Under the pieces are notes generated by a model. That model was not told where the DNA came from, did no database searches, and saw nothing but the letters and a program-made list of their open reading frames with translations. A program made the translations under genes and the position numbers. This document shows, piece after piece, positions 8,351 through 18,345 of a stretch of DNA of 55,636 nt. The stretch comes from Dehalococcoidia bacterium (GTDB lineage: Bacteria; Chloroflexota; Dehalococcoidia; DSTF01; JACRBR01), in contig JBBQVO010000002.1 of NCBI GenBank assembly GCA_038211505.1, forward strand, positions 1 to 55,636. Direction: 5' to 3'. Each line of letters opens with the position of its first letter. Positions within the stretch are counted from its first letter, which is position 1.

Positions 8351-9916
8351 TTATGCCTTCGCTTCAGCGCGCTCCCGCGCCCTCTCCTGCTCGATCAGTT
8401 CGCGGCGCAGGATCTTCCCCGACGGGTTTTTCGGGATGGCGTCGACGATTTCGATGTGGCGGATCTTCTTGTAGGGCGCGACTTTCTCGGCGACGAACGC
8501 TAGGACGGCGTTGAGATCGAGGTTGGGCTCGCGCGGGACGATGAAGGCTTTCGGCACTTCGCCCGCGTCTGCATCGGCTTTCGGGATGACGGCGGCGTCG
8601 CGGACGCCGGGATGCTCCATCAGCAACGATTCGAGCTCCGCCGGGGCGATCTGGTAGCCCTTGTACTTGATCATCTCTTTCTTGCGATCGTGGATGCGGA
8701 TGTAGCCGTCGGGGTCTGCGGACGAGATGTCGCCGGTACGCAGCCAACCGTCGGGCGTCATCGTCTCACGCGTCGCCCCGGGGTTGTTCCAGTAGCCCTG
8801 CATCACCTGCGGGCCGTAAACGAGCAGCTCGCCGATTTCGCCGGCCGGCAGCTCTTCGCCCGTCTCGAGGCTGACGATCTTTTCGAGCGTATCGGCGACG
8901 GCGGGGCCGACGGTGCCGGCGCGCGGCGCGTCGATCGGGTTGACGTTGGTGACGGGGCTCGCCTCCGTCATGCCGTACGCCTCCATGACGGTGCATTTTA
9001 GCTTCGCGGCCGCCTGTCGTCCGACCTCTGCCGGCAGCGGCGCCGCGCCGGAGACGACGAGCCGCACCGACGACGTGTCGTACTGCGCGAGATCGGGCAT
9101 GTTGACGAGCGCCAATATCGCTGGCGGCACGAGAAAGAGCGCATCGACCTTGTACTGCTGCACCAGCGTCAGCGCGCCAGCGGGATCGAAGCGCGACATG
9201 ATCACCTGCGTAACGCCGGCGGCCAGACCGCCGTTGAGCAGGACCATCATCCCGTAGATGTGATAGAAGGGCAGGATGTCGAGCGTAACGTCAGATTCCT
9301 TGAGGATGCCTGTCGCCAGCGTCTGTCGGATATTCGCCGTCAGGTTTTGATGGCTCAGCATGACGCCTTTCGGCAAACCCGTCGTGCCGCTCGAGTACGG
9401 CAGCACGGCGATGTCCTTCGTCGGCTCGATGGTGACGGGTTTCGGTACACCAGAGCTGCTCTTCGCGAACTCCCAGACGTTCTCCATCTCGTGGATGTGC
9501 TTGAGATGCGGCAGGCGTGACGTGCCGGCGTCGACGACCGGGCGCAGGGCGTTCAGCGTGAAGATCGCCTTCGCGCCGGCGTCGTGCAGTTGATGTTCAA
9601 CCTCGCGCTCGCGGTAGAGCGGATTGAGCGTCGTGACGGTGGCGCCGGCAAGCAGCGCCCCGTGCAGGACGACAGCGTACTCGACGGAGTTCGGCGCGTA
9701 GATGGCGACCATGTCGCCCTTCTCGATCCCTTCGGCCTGGAGCGCCGCAGCGAGGCCGTTGACGGCCGTCCACCACTGGACGTATGTGTACGACGTGCCG
9801 TCGGCTGAGACGAGCGCCGGCTTGTCCGGCAGGCGTCGCACGGTCGCTTCGACCATCTCGGGGACGCTGGTAGGCGTGTAGGGCTCGAGGCTAGGCCAGG
9901 GGCTGGTGAAGACCAC
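8351..9916 (-). CDS. AMP-forming acyl-CoA synthetase, 4-coumarate-CoA ligase-like
   Basis: LPYSSGTTGLPKGV, AYGMTE, WLRTGD, DRKKEMIKYKGYQIAPAELE, PKNPSGKILR; GGAGG before GTG. Confidence 0.93.
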   Translation of the reverse strand: MVFTSPWPSLEPYTPTSVPEMVEATVRRLPDKPALVSADGTSYTYVQWWTAVNGLAAALQAEGIEKGDMVAIYAPNSVEYAVVLHGALLAGATVTTLNPLYREREVEHQLHDAGAKAIFTLNALRPVVDAGTSRLPHLKHIHEMENVWEFAKSSSGVPKPVTIEPTKDIAVLPYSSGTTGLPKGVMLSHQNLTANIRQTLATGILKESDVTLDILPFYHIYGMMVLLNGGLAAGVTQVIMSRFDPAGALTLVQQYKVDALFLVPPAILALVNMPDLAQYDTSSVRLVVSGAAPLPAEVGRQAAAKLKCTVMEAYGMTEASPVTNVNPIDAPRAGTVGPAVADTLEKIVSLETGEELPAGEIGELLVYGPQVMQGYWNNPGATRETMTPDGWLRTGDISSADPDGYIRIHDRKKEMIKYKGYQIAPAELESLLMEHPGVRDAAVIPKADADAGEVPKAFIVPREPNLDLNAVLAFVAEKVAPYKKIRHIEIVDAIPKNPSGKILRRELIEQERARERAEAKA

Positions 9917-10009
9917 GATGTACCTCCGATGTCGCGGGAGCGGACTCGGCGCAGGACACAGGGCGTCGTATGTGAGAGCGTATACGCGAGCGGAAGCGAC
10001 GGCAACACA

Positions 10010-10681
10010 TCAGCGCCGTTCGCGCACGACTTTCCGTCCCGTCGTCTCGAGGTGCTCGGACCAGGCGGTGGCGGCGGTGGCGAACCGCTCTTCGGCTTCG
10101 GTGAGCTGCGTCAGCATCCAGTCCGGCTCGTCGCCAAACTCCGCCTTGCGCTTGTCGAGCGCCTTGCGCGCGTCACGCATGCCGATCTGCGACTCCTTAA
10201 AGAGCGCGCCGAGCTCGACCGACCGTTCGTCCTGCGGCACGGGCGCTTCGAACACGCGGGGGCCCCGATCGCGGTCGCGTTGTTGCGGCCGGTCGCGATC
10301 GCGCGAGCCGCGATCGTTGCCGCGCGGCCCGGATCGATCGCGTGGGCGGTCGTCGCGGGGGCCGCGATCGTCGCGTGGGGCGCGATCCGCGGCGGGAGCG
10401 CGATGCGTGCGGCCGCCGGCGCCGGGTGGGCCAGGCGGCGGGGTCGACGGCGCGCGATCGCGATCGCCGCGCGGGGCGCCGCGGCGGCTGTCCGGCCGCT
10501 GGCCGCGCGTGTCGCGGCGCGCGCCCGGCACGTTCGGCGTTTCCGGCGCGTCGGCAGAAGGCGAAGCCGAAGGTTCGTCGCCGGCGGCTTCGGGGCCGGG
10601 CGGCCGCTGCTGCCCGCCGCCACCACCGCCGCCGCGCCCGCCTCGCCGCCGCCGCGGTCGTCGTCCCGATTGTTCGCTCAT
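10010..10681 (-). CDS. Hypothetical protein: Arg/Gly/Asp/Pro-rich disordered N-terminus plus helical C-terminal domain
   Basis: RRRRGGRGGGG and RD-rich repeats; the last ~75 aa have normal globular composition; same strand as its neighbours. Confidence 0.75.
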   Translation of the reverse strand: MSEQSGRRPRRRRGGRGGGGGGGQQRPPGPEAAGDEPSASPSADAPETPNVPGARRDTRGQRPDSRRGAPRGDRDRAPSTPPPGPPGAGGRTHRAPAADRAPRDDRGPRDDRPRDRSGPRGNDRGSRDRDRPQQRDRDRGPRVFEAPVPQDERSVELGALFKESQIGMRDARKALDKRKAEFGDEPDWMLTQLTEAEERFATAATAWSEHLETTGRKVVRERR

Positions 10682-10689
10682 TGCGCACA

Positions 10690-10760
10690 GGTTAACGGAG
10701 GCGATCGCTGAGGCACAGAGGCCGTGCGTGCCCTGGTAATGGGCAGTGACTCCGTCAACC
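10690..10760 (-). ncRNA. Candidate structured 5' leader RNA, family not recognised
   Basis: 11-bp closing stem GGTTGACGGAG/CTCCGTTAACC enclosing two hairpins, between a GATACT -10-like box and the ATG at 10681. Confidence 0.4.
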
Positions 10761-10916
10761 GATGAAGGCCAGTATCACGTTGAACGACGACGACCCAACG
10801 ACGACTCCAGCCGGTGGCCCGTGTGCGAAGCGAGGTGCACGACGCAGGAGGCAGCGCAGACAACACAGCCGTCCTCACCTGAGCGATTCTCAATCCAGGT
10901 GACCAAAACGACGACC

Positions 10917-11756
10917 CTATTCCTCCTCCACCGGCAATAGAACCGACTCAAGCGAGCCTTCCGGCGGCGTCGAACGCGACGTGCGGTACCAGGCGATCAG
11001 GATGCCGCCGACGAGCAGCGCCGTGAACAGAATCTCAATGAGGCGCAGCATCACCTTCGTATCGCCGAACTCGACGCCGAACAGCCCCAGCACGACGCCG
11101 AGCATGACGTAGGCGATCGCCCACACCGCCCCGCCGCCGTAGTCGAGCGGCGCCCAGATGCGGAACGGGATGCGAAACAGTCCCGCCGCAGCGGGCCCGA
11201 CAGCGCGCGAATAGCCGGCCCAGTGGTAGGCGACGATGATCCATCGATTCTTCTCCATCGCGTCGCGCATCTTGGCCACCGTCGCCGGTGATGTCGCCCG
11301 CTCGAGGATGCGCGTCCACCCCATGCGCCCAATGCCGTAGCTCATCGTGTCGCCGGCGATCGTCGCGGCGACGGCGAGCGCCAGCACGTACGAGATGTTG
11401 ATCGAACCGTTTTGCGCCGCAAGGCCGCCGAGGATCAGAATCACGGAGCCGGGCACGAGGAAGCCGAGGAACATGCTGTTTTCCAGAAACACGCCGAAGA
11501 AGACGACGTAGTAGCCGTAGTTCTTGAACAGCTGCTGCAACTTCCGCAGCGACCACTCGCTCGCCCGCTGCGGCCCGCTGAGCACCGCATCAAGCGGCCC
11601 AAAGATCGAGAAGTGCGGCGCAAGAAAGAACAGCAACGCGAACGCGAGCGCCATCCAGCTGATATTGCGTTTTAGCCACGCGATCGTCTCGTCCTCGGTC
11701 GCCGCTTCCGCCTCGTCGGCCGACAGTGGGCCAGGCGCCGAAGGTGAGTCGCTCAC
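10917..11756 (-). CDS. DedA family membrane protein
   Basis: FLENSMFLGFLVPGSVILILGG, AGDTMSYGIGR; GTG start overlaps the upstream stop (GTGA). Confidence 0.9.
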   Translation of the reverse strand: MSDSPSAPGPLSADEAEAATEDETIAWLKRNISWMALAFALLFFLAPHFSIFGPLDAVLSGPQRASEWSLRKLQQLFKNYGYYVVFFGVFLENSMFLGFLVPGSVILILGGLAAQNGSINISYVLALAVAATIAGDTMSYGIGRMGWTRILERATSPATVAKMRDAMEKNRWIIVAYHWAGYSRAVGPAAAGLFRIPFRIWAPLDYGGGAVWAIAYVMLGVVLGLFGVEFGDTKVMLRLIEILFTALLVGGILIAWYRTSRSTPPEGSLESVLLPVEEE

Positions 11757-12037
11757 GGGTGTGCCGCGCGCTCGATCTCAGCCGCCAGCGCAAAGTCCTT
11801 CGCCGTCAAGCCGCCCTCGCTGTGCGTCGACAGCCGCGTTTCGACGTGGTTGTATTTGATCGTCATATCCGGATGATGATCCGCCGCTTGTGCGCGCGTC
11901 GCGATGCGGTTGACGAACCCGATCGACCCAAGAAAGTCCGGAAACTCGAACTCCTTCACGATCTCGTCGCCGTCGCGTCTCCAGCCGGAGAGGCCACTCA
12001 GCTTCGCCGTCGCGTCGCTTTCACTCAACTTCGCCAT
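11753..12037 (-). CDS. phhB: Pterin-4a-carbinolamine dehydratase
   Basis: ADHHPD, LSTHSEGGLTAKDFALA; AAGGAG RBS. Confidence 0.92.
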   Translation of the reverse strand: MAKLSESDATAKLSGLSGWRRDGDEIVKEFEFPDFLGSIGFVNRIATRAQAADHHPDMTIKYNHVETRLSTHSEGGLTAKDFALAAEIERAAHP

Positions 12038-12165
12038 TAATGTCTCCTTTGTGCCGAGATGCGGATACCAGCGTATCAGGTTCGCCACAGCCTTCGATTG
12101 GTCTCGAACTGCCGTACGACATGAGGGCAATGGCATCGATTCTACGCGATCGATAGGCTGACACG

Positions 12166-12801
12166 ATGACGGATCCGACACTGAAGCCGGAGTTCTTCGC
12201 ACGCGAGGATGAGTCGCCCGACGCCTCCTTCTACGTCAGCCCGCGCCTGCTCGTTCACATCGACGACCACGCGATCGAGGCCGCGCGGCGCACATATGCC
12301 GAGATCCTGCCGCACGACGGCGCGCTGCTCGATCTCATGTCGAGCTATCGTTCGCACATGCCGCCAGAACTGGCATGGACGCGGTTGTGCGGGCTCGGCA
12401 TGAACGAAGTCGAACTGCGAGAAAACGATCAGCTCACGGACTACGTCGTCCACGATCTCAACGCCGAACCACGCATGCCGTTCGACGATGACGTCTTCGA
12501 CGGCGCCGTCGTCACCGTCTCGGTACAGTACATGACGCGGCCTGTCGAAATCTTTCGCGACGTCGGGCGCGTGCTCAAGGCGGACGCGCCGTTCATCGTC
12601 ACGTACTCGAACCGGATGTTTCCGACGAAGGCGGTACGCATCTGGCGCGCGCTCGACGATCGCGAGCGCGCGGGCCTCATCGGCACGTACTTCAAGTACG
12701 CTGCCTGTTTCGGCGACGTGAAGATGGAGGATCGCAGCATCGACGGTGGTGCGCACAACGATCCACTGTTCGCCGTGTGGGCGCGCAAGCTGCCGTCTTG
12801 A
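12166..12801 (+). CDS. Class I SAM-dependent methyltransferase (type 11)
   Basis: FYVSPRLLVHID, LDLMSSYRSH, VSVQYM, SNRMFPTKA. Confidence 0.88.
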   Translation: MTDPTLKPEFFAREDESPDASFYVSPRLLVHIDDHAIEAARRTYAEILPHDGALLDLMSSYRSHMPPELAWTRLCGLGMNEVELRENDQLTDYVVHDLNAEPRMPFDDDVFDGAVVTVSVQYMTRPVEIFRDVGRVLKADAPFIVTYSNRMFPTKAVRIWRALDDRERAGLIGTYFKYAACFGDVKMEDRSIDGGAHNDPLFAVWARKLPS

Positions 12802-12957
12802 CGTGCGCCTGTCACGCACGACGACGTTGTTGTGTAATGCGCGAGCGCATCACCGAAGCGACTGATCTCGCAACGCACCTGATCGCCGCACTGAAAGAGC
12901 CGCCGGCCCGTCGCGAATCGCATCGACATCCACCGCAAAACGCCGGAGATATTCGTC

Positions 12958-14028
12958 ATGATCCAGCAGCAGCAGTCGCTCGTGACGAAGGACGCGCAGG
13001 CGTTGAAGATCTACGAATGGGCGGCCGGCGCCGCCAGCCTCCGCATGGCGTACTACGGGCGCAAGCTCGGCATGTTCAACGCCATCACCGCCGAGGCCGA
13101 TGGCCTCACGATCGACGAGATCGCCGCCCGGACTAATCTCGATGTCCGATACGTTCGCGCCTGGGCGAAGACGGCCCTTGCCGGAGAGGTGCTCGAATAC
13201 CATCTCGAGTCGGGCCGGTTCAGGATGGCGCCTTTCATGGAGGCGTTGCTTCTCGACGACGAAGATTTCCAGTACATGGCCGGTCTCGTGACGAACAACG
13301 CCGTCGAGTCGCGGCTCGCCGACCGCGTCGCCGACTGCTTCGTCTCCGGCGAGGGCATCCCGTTCGCCGACTACGGACAGGAGATGGTCGAGACGATCCA
13401 CGCCTTCAGCAAAGCCGCCTACGAGCTCTTCTTGCCGACGGTGCTGTTGCCGGAGCTGCCCGAACTCGCCGAGCGGCTGAGCGACGCCGGCACCATCCTC
13501 GAGATCGGCTGCGGCGCCGGCGCCGGACTCGTCGCGCTCGGCCGCACGTTCCCGCACTGCAGCGTCACCGGCCTCGATCCCGATCCAACGTCCATCACCC
13601 TCGCCCGCGATCGCGTCGCCGCCGCCGGCCTCGGCGATCGCGTCCACACCGAGGAGATGCGCGGTGAAGATCTGACGAGCGAGGACGCCTTCGACTTCAT
13701 CTACACCCAGATCTCCCTGCACGAGGTCGAGGATGCGCGCGTCGTCCTCGCCAACGCCCGACGCGCGCTGAAGGACGACGGTCTGCTGCTGATCACGGAG
13801 ATCCGCGGCCCCGAACAGATCGAGGACTGCACCGGCGCCTACAACGCCGTCCTCTCGCACATTGATCTCTTCTACGAGATCCCGCAAGCGATCGCCAAAG
13901 GCGGTCACGCCGTAGGGTTCTTCACCCGCCAAGAGATCGAAGAGATGGCCGCGTCCGCGGGCCTCACGCGTGTCCGCGAACTACAGCTACAACAACCCCT
14001 CTACGCCGCCTTCGTCGCCCAAAAGTAG
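12958..14028 (+). CDS. SAM-dependent methyltransferase with N-terminal winged HTH (Rv2258c-like architecture)
   Basis: TIDEIAARTNLDVRYVRAW; LEIGCGAG; ISLHE. Confidence 0.85.
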   Translation: MIQQQQSLVTKDAQALKIYEWAAGAASLRMAYYGRKLGMFNAITAEADGLTIDEIAARTNLDVRYVRAWAKTALAGEVLEYHLESGRFRMAPFMEALLLDDEDFQYMAGLVTNNAVESRLADRVADCFVSGEGIPFADYGQEMVETIHAFSKAAYELFLPTVLLPELPELAERLSDAGTILEIGCGAGAGLVALGRTFPHCSVTGLDPDPTSITLARDRVAAAGLGDRVHTEEMRGEDLTSEDAFDFIYTQISLHEVEDARVVLANARRALKDDGLLLITEIRGPEQIEDCTGAYNAVLSHIDLFYEIPQAIAKGGHAVGFFTRQEIEEMAASAGLTRVRELQLQQPLYAAFVAQK

Positions 14029-14049
14029 TCAGCGCTCGGCCTGAGACCT

Positions 14050-14089
14050 CCCCTCGCCACGCAGTGGAGAGGGGCCGGAGCTGAGGTGC
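14050..14089 (-). repeat. Second copy of the CCCCTCTCCAC...GAGGGG hairpin repeat
   Basis: Minus strand GCACCTCAGCTCCGGCCCCTCTCCACTGCGTGGCGAGGGG resembles 7321-7370. Confidence 0.7.
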
Positions 14090-14292
14090 GCGGCCGCCAT
14101 TCATAGCGGTGAACGCGGCAAAAACCCGCACAAACCCAATCAACCTCTGTGCTCTCTGTGTCCTCTCCCAGGCCCAGATCGGCAACGACCGGGCGGACGG
14201 CTGCACCGGCAGCGGCCTTCGCCCCGACCCCACTGAACCCGCCGCCACAACCTTCCGATACTTCTCATGCAGGGAACGCGTGAAGGAGTATC

Positions 14293-14607
14293 GTGACGCC
14301 GTTACAGCTACTCAACACAGTGAGCATCGTCACCTGCGTCGCGGCCGTCGCGTTCATGGCCGGCGACTACTTGCTGACGCTGCATGGCTCAATCTTCACA
14401 AAGCGCCTCGCGCGCGGTGTCCTCGCAATCGCCGTCCTCGTCGGGCTCGGCGTCGTCCTGCACGAAGCGCTGCCGCCGGCGGTGTTGCTGCTGTTCACTG
14501 CCGTGCTCATGCACCGCGCCAACACGGCCGCCAGAAACACCCGCGATGGCGATCCGCCCAACGACGCCGCGAAGTCCGATTCCGAGCGCCCAAGCTCAGC
14601 CGCCTAG
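14293..14607 (+). CDS. Small hypothetical membrane protein (about 3 TM)
   Basis: AAGGAG RBS, GTG start, three hydrophobic stretches. Confidence 0.65.
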   Translation: MTPLQLLNTVSIVTCVAAVAFMAGDYLLTLHGSIFTKRLARGVLAIAVLVGLGVVLHEALPPAVLLLFTAVLMHRANTAARNTRDGDPPNDAAKSDSERPSSAA

Positions 14608-14726
14608 ATCGACGGCGCACCGCACGTGGCGCGGCCGCCCTCGGCCGTGCGGGTCCGCGCTAGCGAGAAATGCTTCGGGATCACGAACTTGTGCGATTCG
14701 GAGAAGACAACTAATGTCCGGCCAGA

Positions 14727-15710
14727 TCAGCCGCGCGCGACAAGCAGCACGACGCCGGCTGTGATCACCCAGCCGATCAACGTCAGCATGATCGGCACGT
14801 CGCGCAGCAGCACCTCCTCCGGGCTGCCGCCTTCGCGCTTCGTGTGTACGAGGTAGAGGTAGCGGAAGATGCCGTAGAGGACGAACGGGATCGTCAGCAT
14901 CATCGAGTGGTTCTTCGGCAGGCCCTCCGCCGTGAACGTATACAGCCCATACGCCATCAGCACCGCCGCCGTCACCGTCGATCCCATCTGATCGAGCAGA
15001 TCAGTCGAATACTCATCGAGAATCTTGCGATGACTGCCGGCGCCCGCCTGTAGCAACTCCAGCTCCGCGCGCCGCTTGTTGATGCCGAGGAACAGCGCGC
15101 CGAGCGCCGTGACGACATACAACCACGGCGAGATCGGCACGTCGATCGCCAGCGCGCCGGCCATTGCCCGCAGCACGAAGCCAGCGGCGATCACCATCAG
15201 GTCGATCAGCACGATGTGCTTGAGCCGGTACGAGTAGGCGATCATCAAGATCGTATACGCGAAAATCACCAGCCCCATGCGCCAGTTGAGGGCGAAGGCG
15301 CCGGCGTTGCCGACGACGCCGAGGATGATCGCCCACGTCCACGCCGTATTCACGGGCAGCAGGCCGGCGGCGATCACGCGCCGCCGCTTCCGGGGGTGCG
15401 CGCGATCGGCCTCGATATCGCGGATGTCGTTGATCAGATAGTCGGCGCTGGAGACAAGCGCGAAGCAGGCGAAGGCAACGAGACACTCGAGCAGCTTCGG
15501 CACCCACGTCGAAGCGTCGGTCAGGTGATAGTCCTGGCCGACGGAGAAGACGAGCGCGAGGAAGACGATGCCGTTCTTCGTCCACTGTCGCGGCCGCATC
15601 GCGCGGAGGAGGTATCGGAGTTGGGGGAGCGCGCCCGAACGGCGGACTTCAGCCACCAGGTCGCCCGGCACAGGTTGTCGAGCCGCCATCGCGGCCTCCT
15701 CATTCGCCAT
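14727..15710 (-). CDS. UbiA-family decaprenyl-phosphate phosphoribosyltransferase-like protein
   Basis: MRPRQWTKN, YLINDIRDIEADRAHPRKRRR, KRRAEL, YGIFRYLY, GGSPEEVL. Confidence 0.9.
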   Translation of the reverse strand: MANEEAAMAARQPVPGDLVAEVRRSGALPQLRYLLRAMRPRQWTKNGIVFLALVFSVGQDYHLTDASTWVPKLLECLVAFACFALVSSADYLINDIRDIEADRAHPRKRRRVIAAGLLPVNTAWTWAIILGVVGNAGAFALNWRMGLVIFAYTILMIAYSYRLKHIVLIDLMVIAAGFVLRAMAGALAIDVPISPWLYVVTALGALFLGINKRRAELELLQAGAGSHRKILDEYSTDLLDQMGSTVTAAVLMAYGLYTFTAEGLPKNHSMMLTIPFVLYGIFRYLYLVHTKREGGSPEEVLLRDVPIMLTLIGWVITAGVVLLVARG

Positions 15711-15794
15711 CGGCGCATTCTATCCGATCAGATTCGACGCTTCCACGAAGGGCTAAGGACGGAGGACCGGCGACGATGAGGATTCCCAGACCGT

Positions 15795-15923
15795 GTCATT
15801 CTGAGCGCAGCGAAGAATCCCTTCGATCTTGCCTCTGAGGAACGTTCGCGACCGACGCCACTGGGTACGCGGGACTGCATTATGCTCAGAGCCGGAGAGA
15901 TTCTTCGCTGCGCTCAGAATGAC
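15795..15923. mobile_element. Inverted-repeat element, copy 3
   Basis: GTCATTCTGAGCGCAGCGAAGAATCC ... AGATTCTTCGCTGCGCTCAGAATGAC; its reverse complement aligns with copy 4 across the interior. Confidence 0.85.
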
Positions 15924-15969
15924 GGTTGGGAGAGCGCGTCGATCTAACAGCGGCGTCGCCAGGGGGTGC

Positions 15970-15995
15970 GGGCGGCCACATCGGGCCGCCCCTAC
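15970..15995 (-). repeat. GTAG-type REP hairpin, family A
   Basis: Identical to 1564-1589. Confidence 0.85.
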
Positions 15996-16060
15996 GGGCG
16001 TTAGGCCTATTTCGTTACAACCTTTCAGAATGACGGTTGGGAGTGCGACCGACTCCGCTG

Positions 16061-17611
16061 TTACAGCGGCAGGTTGCTGTGCTTTTTTGCCGGCGTGCTG
16101 TCCGTCTTCGAACGCAGCATCTCGAAGGCGTGGATGACCTTCGTGCGCGTGTCCCGCGGGTCGATGACGTCGTCGACGTAGCCGCGGGCGGCGGCGATGT
16201 AGGGGTTGGCGAAGCGCTCGGCGTACTCGGCCGTGAGTTGCGCGCGCTCGGCGATCGGATCGTCCGACTCCTGCAGGCGAGTGCGATAGAGGATGTTGAC
16301 AGCGGGCTCCGGGCCGACGACGGCGATCTCGCACTGCGGCCACGAGAAGTTCATGTCGGCGCGGAGATGCTTCGACCCCATCGCGTCGTAGGCGCCGCCG
16401 TAGGCTTTGCGCAGGATCAGCGTCACCTTCGGCACGGTCGCCTCGGCGTAGGCATATACGAGCTTCGCGCCGTGGACGATGATGCCGCCGTACTCCTGCG
16501 CCACGCCGGGCAGGAAGCCCGGCACGTCGACGAACGTCAGGATCGGGATGTTGAAGGCGTCGCAGAAGCGCACGAAGCGCGCCGCCTTGCGCGACGAATC
16601 GATATCGAGCACGCCGGCAAGATACAGCGGCTGATTGGCGACGACGCCGACAGTGCGACCGGCCAGGCGCGCGAGGCCGATGACGATGTTCTGCGCGAAC
16701 TGCGCATGCACCTCCATGAAGTCGCCGGCGTCGACGACGCGATGGATCACTTCGCGCACGTCGTAGCCCTTGGTCGAATCGTCCGGCACGATATCGACAA
16801 GATCGTCGGAGCGACGGTCGGCGGGATCACCCGTCTCGACATACGGCGTGTCGTCGAGATTGTTCAGCGGCAAGTACGACAGCAATCGCCGGACTTCCAG
16901 CAACGTGTCCTCTTCGGTCTCGATCGCGAAGTGCGCGACACCGCTGCGCGTCGCATGTGCCAGCGCGCCGCCAAGTTCCTCTTGCGTCACATCCTCACCG
17001 GTCACGGAGCGGATCACATCCGGCCCCGTGATGAACATCTGCGACGTGCCCTGCGTCATGAAGATGAAGTCGGTGAGCGCTGGTGAGTAGACGGCGCCAC
17101 CGGCGCACGGCCCCATGATCACGGAGATCTGCGGGATCACGCCCGACGCCAGCACGTTGCGCAGGAAGATATCACCGTAGCCGCCGAGGCTGGCGACGCC
17201 TTCCTGTATGCGCGCGCCGCCGGAATCGTTGATGCCGATTACGGGTGCGCCCGTCTTCAGCGCCAGATCCATCACCTTCGACATCTTCTCGCCCATCGCT
17301 TCCGACAACGATCCGCCGAAGACCGTGAAGTCTTGCGAGAAGACGAACACGCCGCGCCCGTCGATCTTGCCGTAGCCGGTAACGACGGCATCGCCGAGGA
17401 AGTGCTGCTCATCCATGCCGAACTCGGTGGCGCGATGGATCATCAGCTGATCCAGCTCCTCGAACGTGCCGGGGTCGAGCAAGATGTCGATCCGTTCGCG
17501 GGCGGTCAGCTTGCCGCGCTCGTGCTGGGCCTCAATCCGCTTGAGGCCGCCGCCGAGGCGTCCCTGATCCTTCATCTGGAGGAGTTTGGCGAGTCGCTCT
17601 TCGTTGGACAT
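16061..17611 (-). CDS. pccB: Acyl-CoA (propionyl/methylmalonyl-CoA) carboxylase carboxyltransferase subunit
   Basis: [57 protein letters not shown]; start placed at MSNEE. Confidence 0.92.
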   Translation of the reverse strand: MSNEERLAKLLQMKDQGRLGGGLKRIEAQHERGKLTARERIDILLDPGTFEELDQLMIHRATEFGMDEQHFLGDAVVTGYGKIDGRGVFVFSQDFTVFGGSLSEAMGEKMSKVMDLALKTGAPVIGINDSGGARIQEGVASLGGYGDIFLRNVLASGVIPQISVIMGPCAGGAVYSPALTDFIFMTQGTSQMFITGPDVIRSVTGEDVTQEELGGALAHATRSGVAHFAIETEEDTLLEVRRLLSYLPLNNLDDTPYVETGDPADRRSDDLVDIVPDDSTKGYDVREVIHRVVDAGDFMEVHAQFAQNIVIGLARLAGRTVGVVANQPLYLAGVLDIDSSRKAARFVRFCDAFNIPILTFVDVPGFLPGVAQEYGGIIVHGAKLVYAYAEATVPKVTLILRKAYGGAYDAMGSKHLRADMNFSWPQCEIAVVGPEPAVNILYRTRLQESDDPIAERAQLTAEYAERFANPYIAAARGYVDDVIDPRDTRTKVIHAFEMLRSKTDSTPAKKHSNLPL

Positions 17612-17669
17612 CGGCTGGGATAGTAGCGCGGCCCGAAGCTTCGGGCTAGATGACGAATGAACCATCCTG

Positions 17670-17757
17670 GTTGGGGGTTAGTCGTTAGTGGTTAGTCGTT
17701 GGGGGTTCTCGCCCTATCGCGAACGTCCGCCCCTAACGACAAACGACTAAACGACCA
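17670..17757. repeat. Heptamer tandem repeats in inverted arrangement
   Basis: GTTGGGG-GTTAGTC-GTTAGTG-GTTAGTC-GTTGGGG, then the complementary CCCCTAAC-GACAAAC-GACTAAAC-GACCA. Confidence 0.75.
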
Positions 17758-17761
17758 TCCC

Positions 17762-18217
17762 CTAATGATGGTGCGCAACGCCCAGCACGGCGTCCTCGTG
17801 GAGGCGCATGCGCTCGGCGTCGTCCGGATCCTCGTGATCGTAGCCGAGGAGGTGGAGGATGCCGTGGACGAGCAGATGCGCCACTTCGTCCTGGATCGCG
17901 ATCGCGAACTCCGCCGCCTGCCGCCGCGCCGTATCCATCGAGATGATCACGTCGCCGAGATGCGGCGGCGCACCGTCAGGCTGCGCAAACGCCTCCCCCT
18001 CGGACTGCGCGAATGCCAGGACGTCGGTGGTCTCGTCCGTCGCCCGGTACGCGCGATTGAGTTCGCGGACGGCCGCGTCATCGGCAAGCAAGACGCTCAG
18101 CTCCGTCCCGGAAGCGACGGCTTCGAGCGCGAGCGCGTGCGCCGCGACGCGTTCGAGCGCGCGCTCGTCGATGCCTTCGATGTCGGCTTCGTGTTGCAGT
18201 TCGATTTCGTACGACAT
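17762..18217 (-). CDS. ybeY: rRNA maturation endoribonuclease YbeY
   Basis: LNRAYR, TDVLAF, LGDVIIS, HGILHLLGYDH. Confidence 0.96.
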   Translation of the reverse strand: MSYEIELQHEADIEGIDERALERVAAHALALEAVASGTELSVLLADDAAVRELNRAYRATDETTDVLAFAQSEGEAFAQPDGAPPHLGDVIISMDTARRQAAEFAIAIQDEVAHLLVHGILHLLGYDHEDPDDAERMRLHEDAVLGVAHHH

Positions 18218-18345
18218 AGGCTCGATATCTGCACTGCGGCGACTGATCTTCGCATCGGACCGAGGCGAATGTAACGGTGGCGCACTCGCCCGCACTGTAC
18301 CTCAGACGTGTGAAGACGAACCGCGCAGTTAGCTACAATGGAGGC

